Positions 41,574 through 57,746 are shown, numbered from the stretch's first letter. The stretch is 64,000 bases of DNA from Chrysomallon squamiferum (GCA_012295275.1 CM022674.1:3224001-3288000); one strand, 5' to 3'. Made by a program: numbers and translations. The notes: generated by a model from the letters alone, not told the origin.

Positions 41574-42472
41574 TTCATAATATCATTTTTATTTTATTTT
41601 TGTTCGTTTTGTGAGCATATTTAAAATTTAAGCTGTATTACATTTAGATCATATGAACATTATTTTAGCAAGTATATGGAAGTAATGGAAGATATATTAA
41701 TATTACTAGACGCGTGAAAATTACTCATTGAACGTTTAGTAGGTACAAGAACAGTATGTATGAAACTTCATGTAGACATCTGAACATATGGTAGGTATGT
41801 TAATATTTCTGTCTATAAATTGGTAATTAAACGCAAACTTATAGACTGACGCTAAGGTAAATATATTCACACATACTAGCACATAATGGCATCTAAAGAC
41901 ACATCAGAGTTGCAGATTAAACAAAATATAAGTACGCATTTAACATGCACACGCTCTCTCCTACAACTCACACACGCTCATATACACAGAAACATACACA
42001 AATAAAATTTAATAATAACAATCAGTACTGAAGCTGACGCAACTGTATGACGTCACCACAATAGTATAACGTCATAACAATGGATTACGCTGTGTTGTCG
42101 CTAGAGGTTCTAGATACAGGTAAGCCCTTTGTTTATTTTCTACAGCCGACTTTCGTAAAACCTTGACGCAGTTAGGCACAGAAATTTCCTGCTAATAGAG
42201 AAGGACCTTCAGTCCTTGTGAGTCTGTCTGTCTATATGTAATGCACTAATTTGATGACTGATATTCTTAACACTTAAATCCACTACAGGCATTTTGTTAA
42301 TAGATATTAGTTATAGTTTGTCAGCTTTTTAACGGGAACAAAAATAATTAAGAAATAAAAACAGACCATAAAGAATGGAAATATCCATGACATAATACGT
42401 AATAAATTTGTAATGTTTCATGATAAAAATTCTGTGTTTGTCTGTATGTGTGTATCTATATATCTGTCTATC

Positions 42473-42506
<34 letters not shown>

Positions 42507-42871
42507 TGTATGTATGTATGTATGTATGTATGTATGTATATACTCTGTTTACTCAAAATGCTACGCCTCCTTTCACAAATATTTGACCTCCTTTCATTTG
42601 TCATTTATTCATTCCTGTACGTCATAACATTTTCTCCTGTTTTTCAATTTTTATTCCTTTCTTACAAAGTATCTAATAAATAACTCATGATTTGATTAGA
42701 AGCTTCCTTCCACATGAGTAAAACATGATTTGAAGAGTTACTTCCCCAGCATTAATTTGTCTGTCTGAGGTATATTGATAGATATAGTCAAGTGAAAATT
42801 AGAAAGTAAATATCTAGTCAGTTCGATATTATTAGCTGTCTCTGTGTATCCGTGTGCGTACGTGCGTGTGT

Positions 42872-42992
<121 letters not shown>

Positions 42993-43480
42993 TATTCGCT
43001 ACGTTACAGAATATTCATGGATATTAATGAGAAGTAATTAGAAAAGAAAAAAATATATATAAACAGGTATATTAAGTGAAGAGAGACTGGTTTAAGAATG
43101 GTAATCCCCGCAAAGACCACGCCACAAATAATTCATGAATATAAATTAAAGAACCTGATATATAACATGTGAGCATAGCTCTTCTTATTTTATTTTTTAT
43201 TTTCATTTATATTTTATTTTTAATTGCTATTTCAAAAAACTAAACTAATATACTGAACCTGTATAAGCTACGTCACATAATGCTCATGAATAATAATTAG
43301 AATCGAAAGACCTTAATGCATTGGGTCTATTATCTTTTTCTAACAGCCCACCCCCCACCCCCTTGCAATCTTCAAGTCGCAGGAGACTCATTAATATTAA
43401 TGAGAAATAAAACATAAAGCATTACTATTTCTGTGTTCATTTAAACAGAGTTCAGGTACATACGTTCTCATGTTCATTTT

Positions 43481-44122
43481 ATTTATAAAATCACTTACAT
43501 TTGACATTTATAAAATCACTTTCATTTGACATTTATAAAATCACTTACATTTGACATTTATAAAATCATTTTTATAAAATCACTTACATTTGACATTTAT
43601 AAAATCATAACATGTGACATTTATAAAATCACTTACATGTGAAATTTATAAAATCATTTACATTTGACATTTATAAAATCACTTTACATGTGAAATTTAT
43701 AAAATTTACATTTATAAAATCATTTATAAAATCATTTGACATTTATAAAATCACTTACATGTGAAATTTATAAAATCACTTACATGTGACATTTATAAAA
43801 TCATTTACATTTGACATTTATAAAATCACTTACATGTGAAATTTATAAAATCATTTACATTTGACATTTATAAAATCACTTTACATGTGACATTTATAAA
43901 ATCATTTACATTTGACATTTATAAAATCACTTACATGTGTCATTTATAAAATCACTTGCATGTGACATTTATAAAATCACTTATATTTGACATTTATAAA
44001 ATCACTTACATATGACATTTATAAAATCACTTACAATTCACATTTATAAAATCACTTACAATTCACATTTATAAAATCACTTACATTTGACATTTATAAA
44101 ATCACTTGCATCTGACATTTAC
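43481..44122. repeat. 25-bp minisatellite, consensus ATTTATAAAATCACTTACATTTGAC, about 25 copies
   Basis: Head-to-tail units are directly visible, with variants ending GTGAC, GTGAA or TTCAC and a few truncated units. Confidence 0.93.
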
Positions 44123-44380
44123 AAAGTCGATTTCTCTGTGCTAATTGTTTGTGCTCTGAAATTAATTTTTAATTCCTTTGTTAGTGTTGTAAGAAAACTG
44201 AGAAGCTGTAACAATACATTTCCTTCTGTGTGCATGCAAACAAAAGGTGAAATATTAGTTCTTTATAAGCATGTAGACAGACCAACAGAGAGATAGTCAG
44301 ACAGAGAGACAGAGAGACAGACAGAGAGGGAGACAATAAGACAGAGAGTCACACAGACAGACAAACAGATATACAGATAC

Positions 44381-44507
<127 letters not shown>

Positions 44508-44793
44508 TACAGATGAACAAAAACACAAGTGAACGAACAGGATTATTAAAAGTGGTCATTCAAACCTGGAAATGAGCAAACTAGCCAATCGATAATTGTA
44601 AACTTGTTACCGACATCTTAATTGAAAACATTTGGTAATAAGCTGGAAATCGGAAAGTCATTTTAAAAATAACAGTCAGTCATCAGGTACATTTGTCCTA
44701 TGTACGCAATTAGAGAGAAGGAAGTAAAATAAATCTACTTTACATATCATGTAGTGCGTAGGTGTTGTATACTTATTAACTTATTTATTATTG

Positions 44794-44870
<77 letters not shown>

Positions 44871-44946
44871 CATACAAATAAGAGTGTATGTGTGTATGTA
44901 TTTTTCAGTTTGTTCTAAGTAACTCTCACTTTCATATGTTTTTTCT

Positions 44947-45031
<85 letters not shown>

Positions 45032-45364
45032 TGTAACTGTTTATTATGTATCTATCTAAACCATCTAATCAATGTATTTATTTCTCTATCTCTCTGTCTG
45101 TCTCTCTCTCTCTGTATCTATCTATCTATCTACCCATCTATATGTCTGTCAATATTTTTATATGTCCACCTATCTCTCTCTCTCTCTCTGTGCATTTGTT
45201 TCTTATATATCTATCTCACGCAGAAACATACTTTTATCCACATTCTTATCTCTGTCTGTCTTTCTATCCAATTATCTATTTGTTTACTGTCTCTGTTTCT
45301 CTTAGTGAATCCTTGAACCTTTTTCTTCTTCCTTTCTTTCTTTCATTTATTTATTTATTCATTA

Positions 45365-45460
<96 letters not shown>

Positions 45461-45747
45461 ATTTACTGCGGTTGGGGCGTGATGAATATGTACGTGAACT
45501 GAGTGCATAAACAAATTCCCATTTGTGAACGTAACCGGAAATTTTACAACACTGACTTTGCAGCGTGCAGCTGCAACCACGATGCGAAGACAATTGTCCC
45601 TTGCAGTGAATGAAATGACGTGGGTTTGGTCTGGTGTTGACGAGATGACTATAGAGCAGTTCACTTCAGGAGAGTGCGTCCAAGAATCATTTCCTCCGAG
45701 TTGTTGATTCACAAAGTGTTAGATTATTTATTAATGTTTCACTTTCT

Positions 45748-46042
<295 letters not shown>

Positions 46043-46288
46043 ACCGCCGTGGGATAGATTACGCAGGAAAACAAATTAGTGGGAATGAAAACAGTGAGAC
46101 TCCCTCAAGTAAAGTGAAAATATGAGCGTAGTGTATATTATGTTAATTTGATAGTGTTTGTTTTAGCTTGTTTGTTTTTTTTTGTTTTTTTTCCCCATTT
46201 AATTGCTTCCACTGGTTCCACCAACTCGGAATAATTTAAAAACAAACTGTTTATAAATTCAATATTGGAATGTTCCAACAGTTGTTTC

Positions 46289-46337
<49 letters not shown>

Positions 46338-47495
46338 TAAGATCTGAGTCTTCTTCCTTCCCACCTCCCCTCCCAGACTAAATGCTCAGTATACACGTAC
46401 AAACTGCTGTGAACGTTAACGAATTGAACTATGACATGCAGATAAAAATACAAGAGATATCACAGAAAAAACAACGAAAAAACAACAACAAAAACAATGA
46501 ATGAGAAAATATCCGTCTGATTCCAGTTGTTAGCAAAGCAATCGGCTGTTGTCGGAAACGTCGTTGTCATTAGCAACGCGACAAAGTGCGCGGTAGACAC
46601 AAGAGATTCGCGGTTCTTCTCGGAATTCTGTCGTGTCAGTCCACCATGTTTTATTTTTCTAAAGGCGTGGCGTCACCAGGCGACTTATAACTACGATTTC
46701 TGTCTGTCTGCCTTAGTGTCGATTTAATTTTATAAAGGTAATATGTTACCGCAATATTTTATTTTCAACACCATTTCTTATATCTCGACTATCCAATCTA
46801 TGTTTTTGACGTCACAAATTGTTCTTTACGTCATTGTGTTCCCTTTCGAGAGACTCCCTCTCTAGGGATTAATAACATTGTGTAATCTCTGTTTGTGACG
46901 TCACAAATTGTTTTATACGTCAAATTTTTTTGCTGGCATTCTAAAGACACGGTCTGGCTGGATGATATAATTACGATTTGTGATATTATGACGCTGCAAC
47001 CTACGATTCTAAAGACGCAAATTGTTCATTACGTCATAGCATCGTGTTTACTTTCTAAAGACGCAATCTCATATGCTGACTTTTAATTACGATTTTTGCT
47101 ATTTTATCTTCAAAATATTTTTTTTTTAAAAATGGTTGAAAAGCAATTAAATCTGGCAAATATCAATTCAGTAAGGTTGAAAGATTTATCTATCATGCAA
47201 ATGAACACGCTGAAAACATGCAATAAAAAGAAACGTTTATGCAGTGTTTTTATTGCTTTGTGTTGTTACAAATATAGAGAATCTGATTTATTTTTCGCTG
47301 ATAATCACGCTGCACACAGCTATACGTGTTAATCATTTATGTCGAAGTTAATTTTTTTTTTTACTGAAATCAGTAAATCATTATTGGCTCTACACGATCT
47401 GGTTACACGTTGAAATATCGAATTTTTGGAATGTACAGACAAACACTGTCATTTTTAATATGGAATGTTGAGAATTGTTGTTATTATTATTATTA

Positions 47496-47531
<36 letters not shown>

Positions 47532-47610
47532 TATTTATTCTATTTATTATTATTATTATAATTATTATTATTATTAATATTATTTTTATTGTTATTGTTA
47601 TTATTATTAC

Positions 47611-47644
<34 letters not shown>

Positions 47645-48122
47645 TATTTTTTTCTATTATTATTATTATTATTACTATTATTATTATTATTATTATTATA
47701 CTTTATTTTATTTATTATTATTATTATTTTATTTTGTTATTATTATTATTATTATTTTTTTAACTTTATTTATGAGAGACTATATCAAAATCTTTGGCTT
47801 TTAACAAACGATATTCAAAATAATAGTATCCGCAAAATGCATAGATTTATGTCTGTATCTCTGTGCATATATATATATATGTTTATATGAAAGTACGGGC
47901 GGAATCAGGGTGGATTTTCAGTAAGTTCTAAATCTCGTTTCTCTGGAAGTGAGGTTTAGGCACTCGTGTCTGTGGAAGAATAAAAATGGAGTGCGGGTTC
48001 TGGTTAAAGTAAAATAGTTGTATGTGACTGTATAAAAATTGCCCAATGACGAATAAAGTCACCGTGTGATACGTCTTAAATTTACAATTCTATTTTTGTT
48101 AGATCAGTGTGTACGTACGTGC

Positions 48123-48164
<42 letters not shown>

Positions 48165-48316
48165 TATAGCATCATTTTATTGGATAACTGAATGTTATAG
48201 ACGGTGTGTTATGATTCGCAGTGTAGTAGCAGCAGCTGATAAATAATATTTTCAGGATTTCGTCTGTTACTGTTGTGAATGGAATGAATGCTTTAAATAG
48301 ATTTAAATATTTAAAT

Positions 48317-48378
<62 letters not shown>

Positions 48379-48464
48379 CTCTCTATTATGCCGTGTGTGT
48401 TTGTATGGATGTGTGTATGTGTGTGTGTGTGAATAGACAGATAAATATTCAGACACACAGATAT

Positions 48465-48496
<32 letters not shown>

Positions 48497-50194
48497 TACA
48501 AACATACATGATCACATATATAAACACACACACACGCACACACAGCCACATATATATATACTCACACATATACATATATATATATATATATGCATGCAAA
48601 CGTACATTCATTCATACATACATCGACATATCCACACATCCACACATGCACACACATCCACACATGCACATACACACATGCATACACATACACACATACA
48701 CAGACATCCACACATAAACACATACACACACACATACATACACATACACACAATTTCAGATTCACCTCTCCCTTAAAAAAAAAATACACACACACAGAGA
48801 CCTGCTCCCGAGTATTCGTTGCGATGAAAACAAACTTGTTTAGGAGCTGTCAGTTTATTTAGAATGCTGTGTAGCAAAACGTGGTCCTATGTAATTCAGC
48901 TTGAGACGACGATCGATAGTTTGTTATAAACAATAACACCAGGTCTGACAGTTTGACTGAGATTTTACCACACATTTCCACACTGTTTACCAGTTTTTTT
49001 TTAAAGGACTTCCACCGAACAAGAGCTAAATGATTGATTTTTTCTCTTCGACATTCTGTACGATTATATATTTTGCGTTTAATGTTTGTTTTTTTTGTTT
49101 GTTTTTTTTTTTTTTTTTCAGTCAATGATAATGGCAAAAATAGTCGTTTTATTTAATTAGTTTTTTAATTTTTTAATTTTTTTTATATATCTATTGGAAA
49201 CATATACAGCTTCACCACTGCATGCATAAAATGATATATAATATGAAAATATTATTATTTTTAATATATATATATATATAGGCGTAAGATTGTTATTAAG
49301 GGTTACATTTTTAAGAACAAAATTATGCAGACATATATACATACATACGCATATATAAAAATACACACACACACACACACACAGACACACACACGGAGGA
49401 ACGAACATTTTTATGTACATAAAGAGATATATTTTTCTAACAGCGAAAACGTCGTTTCTATGGACACGTCTAGTAAATTATTCAGAAGAAATATTTGTAT
49501 TTTTTTTTAAAAAAAGACATCTACAGGGACTGTTCTGATATTTGCTTGGAATTCTAATGTCATTTCTTTAATATACAGTTTGTCAAGACAATGACGTTTT
49601 TTTCGAAAAACTGAATTTTTATTTTTTATTTTTTATTTGTTGGTTATTATTATTATTTTTTATATATATATATTTATATATATTTTTATTATGATTATTA
49701 TTATTATTATTTAAGTGTTCTATTAAAAAAAATATTAACAAAGTTACGGATTTAAAGCTTTATATCTACGAAAGATTCTAAAATCAGTTTTAAAAGACTA
49801 TTGTATTTTTCAAACCTTATCGAGCTGAATCTTTCTCTGTATTTTCTGTGTCGCAGATATCTCTCTACTTATTATTTATTTATTATTTTCTGGATAAATT
49901 CCTCAGTAATTTTTTACTGTAAGTAACTAACTAATGGTACTGATGCAAATAGAAGTCTCATTTAATTAATTCTCTTAGCAGAAGTTACCCTGCAAACGAC
50001 AAGTTCTCGTGAAAAAATTCTTCAAAGTGTAAAAATAGTGTAAGGATCTTTCTCTACAAGAAAAGTTGATAATAAAAAAAAGAAATTAAGTAATGCAAAT
50101 TTTTGTTGTTTTAAAAGAAAAAAGACGTTTTCAGGAAGTCATCATGTAAACATGGATATTGTTCTTTCAGCGAAAATGGATAAAAAATAGAATA

Positions 50195-50250
<56 letters not shown>

Positions 50251-50259
50251 TAGTATATA

Positions 50260-50599
50260 CAGGTACCGGACCAATTATCCGGACTCCTTGGGGCCTGAAG
50301 CATTCCGGATTTCTGGATTTTCCTGTTTTTCTGGTACCAAGGCATCTAAATACATAAACAATTTGGTATAAACATTTTAAAATTATAAACATAAAGAAAA
50401 TTGACGATACACAACTGTGGCGACTCGACACGTAAACAATGCGGCGAGTGAATGAACGCCACGCGGCTTGAAAGAGTAGTTCCAATCTGGTGAGGACAAC
50501 AACCGCGCGCGCGGAAAGTGAAAATAGCGTCGGGAATTTTTTTTCCGGTGTTTTGGTCTTTCCGGATTTCAGGACGCCGGATAATTGATCCGGTACCTG
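50260..50599. mobile_element. 340-bp MITE of Tc1/mariner (pogo/Tigger-like) type
   Basis: 23-bp TIRs CAGGTACCGGACCAATTATCCGG / CCGGATAATTGATCCGGTACCTG (1 mismatch), flanked on both sides by TA (50258-59, 50600-01). It has subterminal TCCGGATTT repeats and no coding capacity. Confidence 0.88.
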
Positions 50600-52812
50600 T
50601 AATAAAATAATGAATAGTTTATAAAAGTTAATATATTTCTCCTCATTCCTTGATGAGTCCTTATCCACCAAATGCTTTTGCAAACTGCACAAACCATATT
50701 TTTATCAGTCCTTTTTTCAAATGTAATTCTTAAACATTTCTAAATCATATTATTTTCATCTTTCTCAGGATAGGAAAAAAACAACACACAAATGAATTTC
50801 TTAACAGTTTTTATATGCATTTCAGAACGTCTTCTCAAATAAACGTGATTTCGACAGCATTTGATTGTTCAGTATGTTTTATGTAAATGTTCTAATTTGA
50901 TTAAAATGGACTGAAATGAAATCAACAAAAAAGCAAACAAAAAACCCCAAAACAAACAACCCCCCCAAAACAACATAAACCTCCCCAAAAAAAAACGAAG
51001 AAAGAAAAGAAAAAGTATTTTAATAAAATTAGCTTAACAGCTGTGAGATATATATATTTTTCGTGCCAGTTTTCAAATACGTACGGGAAACGAAATTCCT
51101 AATTTAATAACTGCTGCAGAAACAGTTGTTTGTGTTTTGCATCAGTACCGATGAAGACACATTTGTATGGTGACAGGAAGACTGGCAACGACAGGATCGG
51201 TTTAAACTATAAAATCTCAGAGACACGTTCCAATTTACTGGTCTAGATATTAATGAAGAAATCTATTTGCTTTCGTACTAATGAGAGACTGGTGGGTTTA
51301 TTTTTTCTCAACCGAGAGCTGGAGAATTATTTAAATAAATTATTAACTTGAAAGTTACGAATCTCTGTCATTATTGCGTCTTTCAATGACCAGTCATTTG
51401 AATAAAAAAAAAAAAAAAAACAAAAACACAATCTGCCTGACTGATGTCCAGAACTACGACGCATTTCCTCGGAGTTCTGTGTAAATTAAACGCTGTTTGG
51501 CGGTTTCGGTAAAGTCTATGGTTCTCTACGGCTTCCTGAACATTTCCAAACGCGAAAAGTTAACAGAGACTGCACGGCGTAAACACGACACATATTGATT
51601 TTGTCTGCTGCATTCGCACTCTCTGTTTGCCGTGTTCGCAATCTCCTCAAATCACACTGTTACCCGACTATAGTATCTCCTGTACGGGCAGGTAGCAGAT
51701 AAACAAACAATCTAATTAGTCTGCAATCCTAGGCGTTGTATTTCTGCAAGGTATTGTTATATATTCTGCTCGACCCAAGTATTGTTATATGTTCTACAGC
51801 CTTGTAGTGTTATATATAAGCTGGTATTACTAAGCTGATGTTGTTACATGTTCAGCATATGTAGACTTTGTTTGCGCTGATATTTTCTGCATACCTATTG
51901 CATAACGAACAGTATTTTCTTCAAACCAGCATCTGCTGAACTGATCATATAATTTAGATACAATTGTTGAACGGATAATGTTATCTACAAAACTTATTAA
52001 AAACGTATAAAGGACTATTACATTCTACAAATCCTACGTCTGTTAAATGGATATTACTTTCTGCACACCTACCTATCATTTGATGAATGGATGCTGTGTT
52101 CTACGTAGCTAGATACTACTGAAAGAATACGATTTTCTACACAACTATTTATTTATTTATTTATTTATTTATTAAATCCTGGTAAACTGTTGTTGTTTTT
52201 CTTGTTTTTTTTTTAAATCAGTTTATTGCTATTACGACAAATACAACGCAGTAATATATTCATATTCCGGCAGCGTATAATGAACGGTTGTTGGTTGCAT
52301 CTTTACCAACCAACTACGACGACGTACAAACACCATCACACTGAAAGTTAATTAATTGCAAGAGTTTAGCGAACTCTGCTCAACCTCTTCAACACTGTTC
52401 ACGTTTCCCCAGACTTGAAAATTAATATTTTATATTCGGAATTTGCCGCTTTGAGAACGTTCTGAAAGAACCTTCGCTCAGCTGGAAAGCAATGACGGCA
52501 GCACTTACTAAACAACTTGTTATTATTTGTACGGACACCGTGAACCGTGCGTAGACAATCTGGAGTTAAACCGACAGGAAGGAATTAACGCCTGGACTGA
52601 CATCTGTCGTGTTCTACACGTGTTTGTGTGCGTGTGTATATGTGTGTTGTGTGTGTGTGTATCTCTGTTCCTTTCACTGAAATTCTATCTGGTTCGTTTA
52701 GAACGGTTACGCTGGCTACAAAGTTCGTGATTACAAATAAAGTGTTTGGTAAGGATTCATTTTTATAAGGCTTTGGCATATGAATTGTGAAATTTTTTTT
52801 TTTTTTTTTCTT

Positions 52813-53105
52813 CTGAATAGTGAAACGTACTTTTGTCTACTGAATCGGGAAACCTATTTTTCTACTGCACTGTGAAACCTATTTCGCGAAACCTATTTTG
52901 TTACTGAACTGTGAAACCTTCTTTTTTTTTTGTCTGCTGAATTGCGAAAACTATTTCGTCTACTGAACTGTGAAACCTATTTCGTCTACTGAACTGTGAA
53001 ACCTATTTTGTCTCCTGAACTGTGAAACCTGTTTTGTTACTGAACTGTGAAACCTATGTTGTCTACTGAATTGTGAAATCTATTTTTTTTTTCTTCTGCT
53101 GAATT
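52813..53105. repeat. 26-bp minisatellite, consensus approx. GTCTACTGAACTGTGAAACCTATTTT
   Basis: About 10 diverged head-to-tail units. Confidence 0.85.
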
Positions 53106-53273
53106 GTTGAAAGTGTTTCGTTGTGTTATATTCTGAGCTGTGATGGTTGTTCTGGCTGCTGACAGTCGGGCCTGGCTACAAATCTCTGATAGCTGTTGTT
53201 TTTCTGTTCAGCTGTAATCATCATGGACATGAAACCGCTGTATCGGCAACTGAGCAATTCTTGACTACTTACT

Positions 53274-53632
53274 TTAAACACATGTTTTGGCTACTGAACT
53301 ACAACATATGTTTTGGCTACTGAACTACAACAAATGTTTTGGCTACAGAACTACAACACATGTTTTGGCTACAGAACTGCAACAAATGTTTTGGCTACTG
53401 AACCTCAACAAATGTTTTGGCTACTGAACTATAACACATGTTTTGGCTACAGAACTACAACAACGTTTTGGCTATTGAACTGTAACACATATTTTGGCTT
53501 TTGAACTGTAACAGATGTTTTGGCTACTGAACTATAACAAAATATTTTGCTTCTGAACTATAACAAATGTTCTGGCTTCATAACTATTACAGACGATTTG
53601 ACTATTGAACTGTATGAAATGTTTTGGCTACT
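53274..53632. repeat. 26-bp minisatellite, consensus TTTTGGCTACTGAACTACAACAAATG
   Basis: About 13 head-to-tail units; these explain the repetitive ORF 53313-53504. Confidence 0.9.
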
Positions 53633-54776
53633 AATCTCTAACTTTCCTTTCGCCTGCTGAACTGTTCACAGATCTTGGTTACGGATCTTTCTCCGCCATT
53701 TTTCTCCGGAACTGTCACAGAGCTTTAACTTCCGCATTCTTTTTTCTTTTTGTAATTATCATTTTTTTGATTACTGATCCTAAGAATAATAAATATAAAC
53801 CACACAAAATGCTTTGCCAAAAGCTTATATCAAAAAATGTTACAACTACGAGTCAGGATTATTTACGCAACAGACACTAACTGCGGAATTATCATCTTTG
53901 ATTTGTTTATTTAAAAACGTTCGGACATTGAAATCGGTGGAATGCCATGATGGTGAATTGTCCATCATCTTAGAAAGTCGCCAACAACAAAGGACAGTAC
54001 ACTGACCACGTCAGAATGCACGTGTGGTGGGTTTTGAAGGTAATATGTTTAACTATTTCTTGCGTCGTACTCGTTTAGTTGACGTAGATCGAACGAGGTC
54101 TGAGGATAATGTAAATAATCTGTTCATTCATTTATTATTATTTGATTATTGATACTTTATTTATTTATTTATTTGTTTATTTATTTGCATTTTTATTTAT
54201 TTATATATATTTTTAATTAATTAATTAATTTATTATTATTATTTTAATAGTATTAGTATTAGTATTATTAGGGTTAGTATTATCTGTTGTTGTTGTTGTT
54301 GTTGTTGTCGTCATCTGTGTTTCTCCACTTCTTTGTCAAAGACTACGAAACGTGTCACTTGTTTCCTATTAATGATTCTTTTCTGCCAACTAAAACGAAC
54401 AATCCATTCTGATTTTATCATGTAATGAAAATCTTTCATTTAGCTTTTAATAATGATTCAAATTACAATTTGCCGAGCTGTTACGGAACAGTATTTAATT
54501 ATTTTACATAATCCTTGCCCTTAAAGTTTTTATCAAATCTTAGAACTGTTATTCAGACAGTCAGGCGATCAGACAAAGAGATAGACACACAGACAGAGAC
54601 AGTCAGACTGATACGTTGATAGAGACGTAGATAGAGAGTAGTCAGGGAAGCAGGCAGAGAAAGACAAACGGACGAAGTGACAGACAGACAGACAGACAAA
54701 GAGACCGACGCACAGACAATCAAACTGATAGATAGATACTACTAATGCATTCACATTCATTTAAAAGTTTGGGATA

Positions 54777-55009
<233 letters not shown>

Positions 55010-55620
55010 AATACTCAAGTCATGCTGACGATTATAATTTCCATGCTTCAAGATGTGGGTGTCACTAGTGGGTGTGGTCTTCCTCACTGATTCAGGCAGG
55101 TCCCGAGGGGTCCAGTGACGAACATTCCTCAGAGAACCCACTACGTCATTCTCCGTTCCAAATAGTGCCTCGCAAACGGAATTTTTTCTATTTATTTATT
55201 TATTTGAATAGTATCTACCTTCAGTTTATAAATTTATAAAAGGTTACGCCCGTTTGCGTTTATGAGAAGATAAATAAATAATTAACACTGAAACTACATC
55301 AGGAATATTAGATGTCTGAACCTCAATAGCCGATTATAAAACAAACTGTCAGTTTATTGTAATGGCCTCTAATCTATCTGTAGAAAATAATAGTAGAAAT
55401 AGTAGTAGTAGTAGTAATAGTAGTATAATAGTAGTAGTAGTAGTAGTAGTAGTAGTAATAGTAGTATAGTAGTAGTAGTAGTAGTAGTAGTAGTAATAGT
55501 AGTAGTATAGTAGTAGTAGTAGTAGTAGTGGTAGATATACTACTAATAAAATAGATAGATAGGTAGGTAGGTAGGTAAAGAGAGAGAGACAGAGAGAGAG
55601 ATAGAGTGAGAGATAGATAG

Positions 55621-55719
<99 letters not shown>

Positions 55720-55889
55720 TGGATGGATGGATGGATGGATATAGGATACACAGGTAAACAGAGAGACACAGAAATAGAAATAGATATGTAGATAAATCGA
55801 TACGCCGATATGTAGAAATTTAGACAGATAGGTTTATTTATTTATTTATTTATTTATTTGTTTATTTATTTATATATTTATTTATTTGT

Positions 55890-55944
<55 letters not shown>

Positions 55945-56311
55945 TTTGTTTGTTTTTCAGTTTATTTCAGCATTTATTTTCAGTGCATTCTTTTAACATC
56001 GAAGCCATTTAATTCAACTTTTATTTAGAATCAGGAAATTAATGAATTACACGTGCTCTCTTCAGTATACGTATTCCAGACTTCGTGTCTACTAACTTCA
56101 TTTGTGACTGAATTGTGCATTTGAAAAACTACAGTTTGTAATTGCTATAGACTGCAGAATCCTGGGGCGTTGTAAATTACAGTTCAGAATTAAATTATAA
56201 ATTTATAGCATTTATGTACCGGAGTCGTTGTGCCAGATGATTGTATATTAACCATGTTTTTTAGCTAGATATCGAATTATTACATTCAGTCTATCGTGTG
56301 TCTTATTAAGT

Positions 56312-56411
<100 letters not shown>

Positions 56412-56805
56412 TAGAGAATATTAGAGAGTGAGAGAAAGAGAAAGAGACAGCGAAATGTAGACAGAGACAGAAACAGACAAACATAGAGACAAACAGGCTT
56501 AGGTAGAAATAAAGATACAGAAAATTAAATAAACGTGCAAAATGGGAGACAGAAAGGGAGATCAGAGAATAAGACAGAAAGACAAAGGGAGAAAAGATAA
56601 ACTCGAGGAAAACGGATGGAGTGTGAATGAAAAAGAATCAGAAAGTTACAGAGGATGTATTGTGACATCCCGACGTGTTAAGTAATGTTTTTGTTACTTA
56701 AATATTTCCTTAATAAGTGATTGTTTCTGTAGTGCGACTATTGCACTAAGTTTGTCTGTCTTTCTCTCTGTATTCATTTTTGTGTTTATCAATCATTTTG
56801 TGGGT

Positions 56806-56909
<104 letters not shown>

Positions 56910-57123
56910 CCTCCCTCCCTCCCTCCCTCTCTCTCTTTCGCTATCTATCTCTCTTTACACAGATAGACTGATAAATAATAGATAAACATGTTTGTATATT
57001 TAAATAACGTCAGTCTATATCTCTGTGCTATTTAGCTATTTGCATGTCTTTATATTTGTCTGAGTCTAGAGGACGTTAAAAAACAGTCTTATACACACTT
57101 CAGATCTGATTAATAGTGTCTCA

Positions 57124-57213
<90 letters not shown>

Positions 57214-57746
57214 ATGTTTCTCCTGTTCTGTGTTCTCTTTGTTGTTGTTGTTGTTGTTGTTGTTTCTCTATGTACATCTTTCTAAACATTTCACTGAGTA
57301 TGTTTCTCTCTGTTTAATTTCCTCCTTCTCTCTTCATCACGTTCTCTCACGCTAAAATCTCATTACACATAGCCAAAGCTAGGTTCTCTAGATATGACCA
57401 AACCATGCGTTGGTGTCATTGAACTGGCTGAAGTTATATACAACCAAAAAAAAAAAAAACGTCTTCTTTTGTAAATTAGCGATCACAGACACAAGCAGGT
57501 GTTACACAACTGAATAAAATCATTAAAGTTTACCGAGATTTCTCAGTTCTACAGTACACTTTTAGCCCAAAGTCATCAGCAAGTTACTGAAGTAGTGTCT
57601 GAATTACTGGCTCCAAAAATCTTCCTCCGTAAATCGAAGCAATTATTTTTATTTCGCCATCGCCTTCAGCGTTATTTTCATTGTTAAACCCATACATCAT
57701 TAAGGATGTATATCAGAAGATGGTTTAGTCTTTATAGCGCCTGTGC

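Noticed and set aside
50111-50692. 193-aa minus-strand ORF
   Set aside because: It runs through the MITE and a (CA)n tract, has no transposase motifs, and is a chance open frame.
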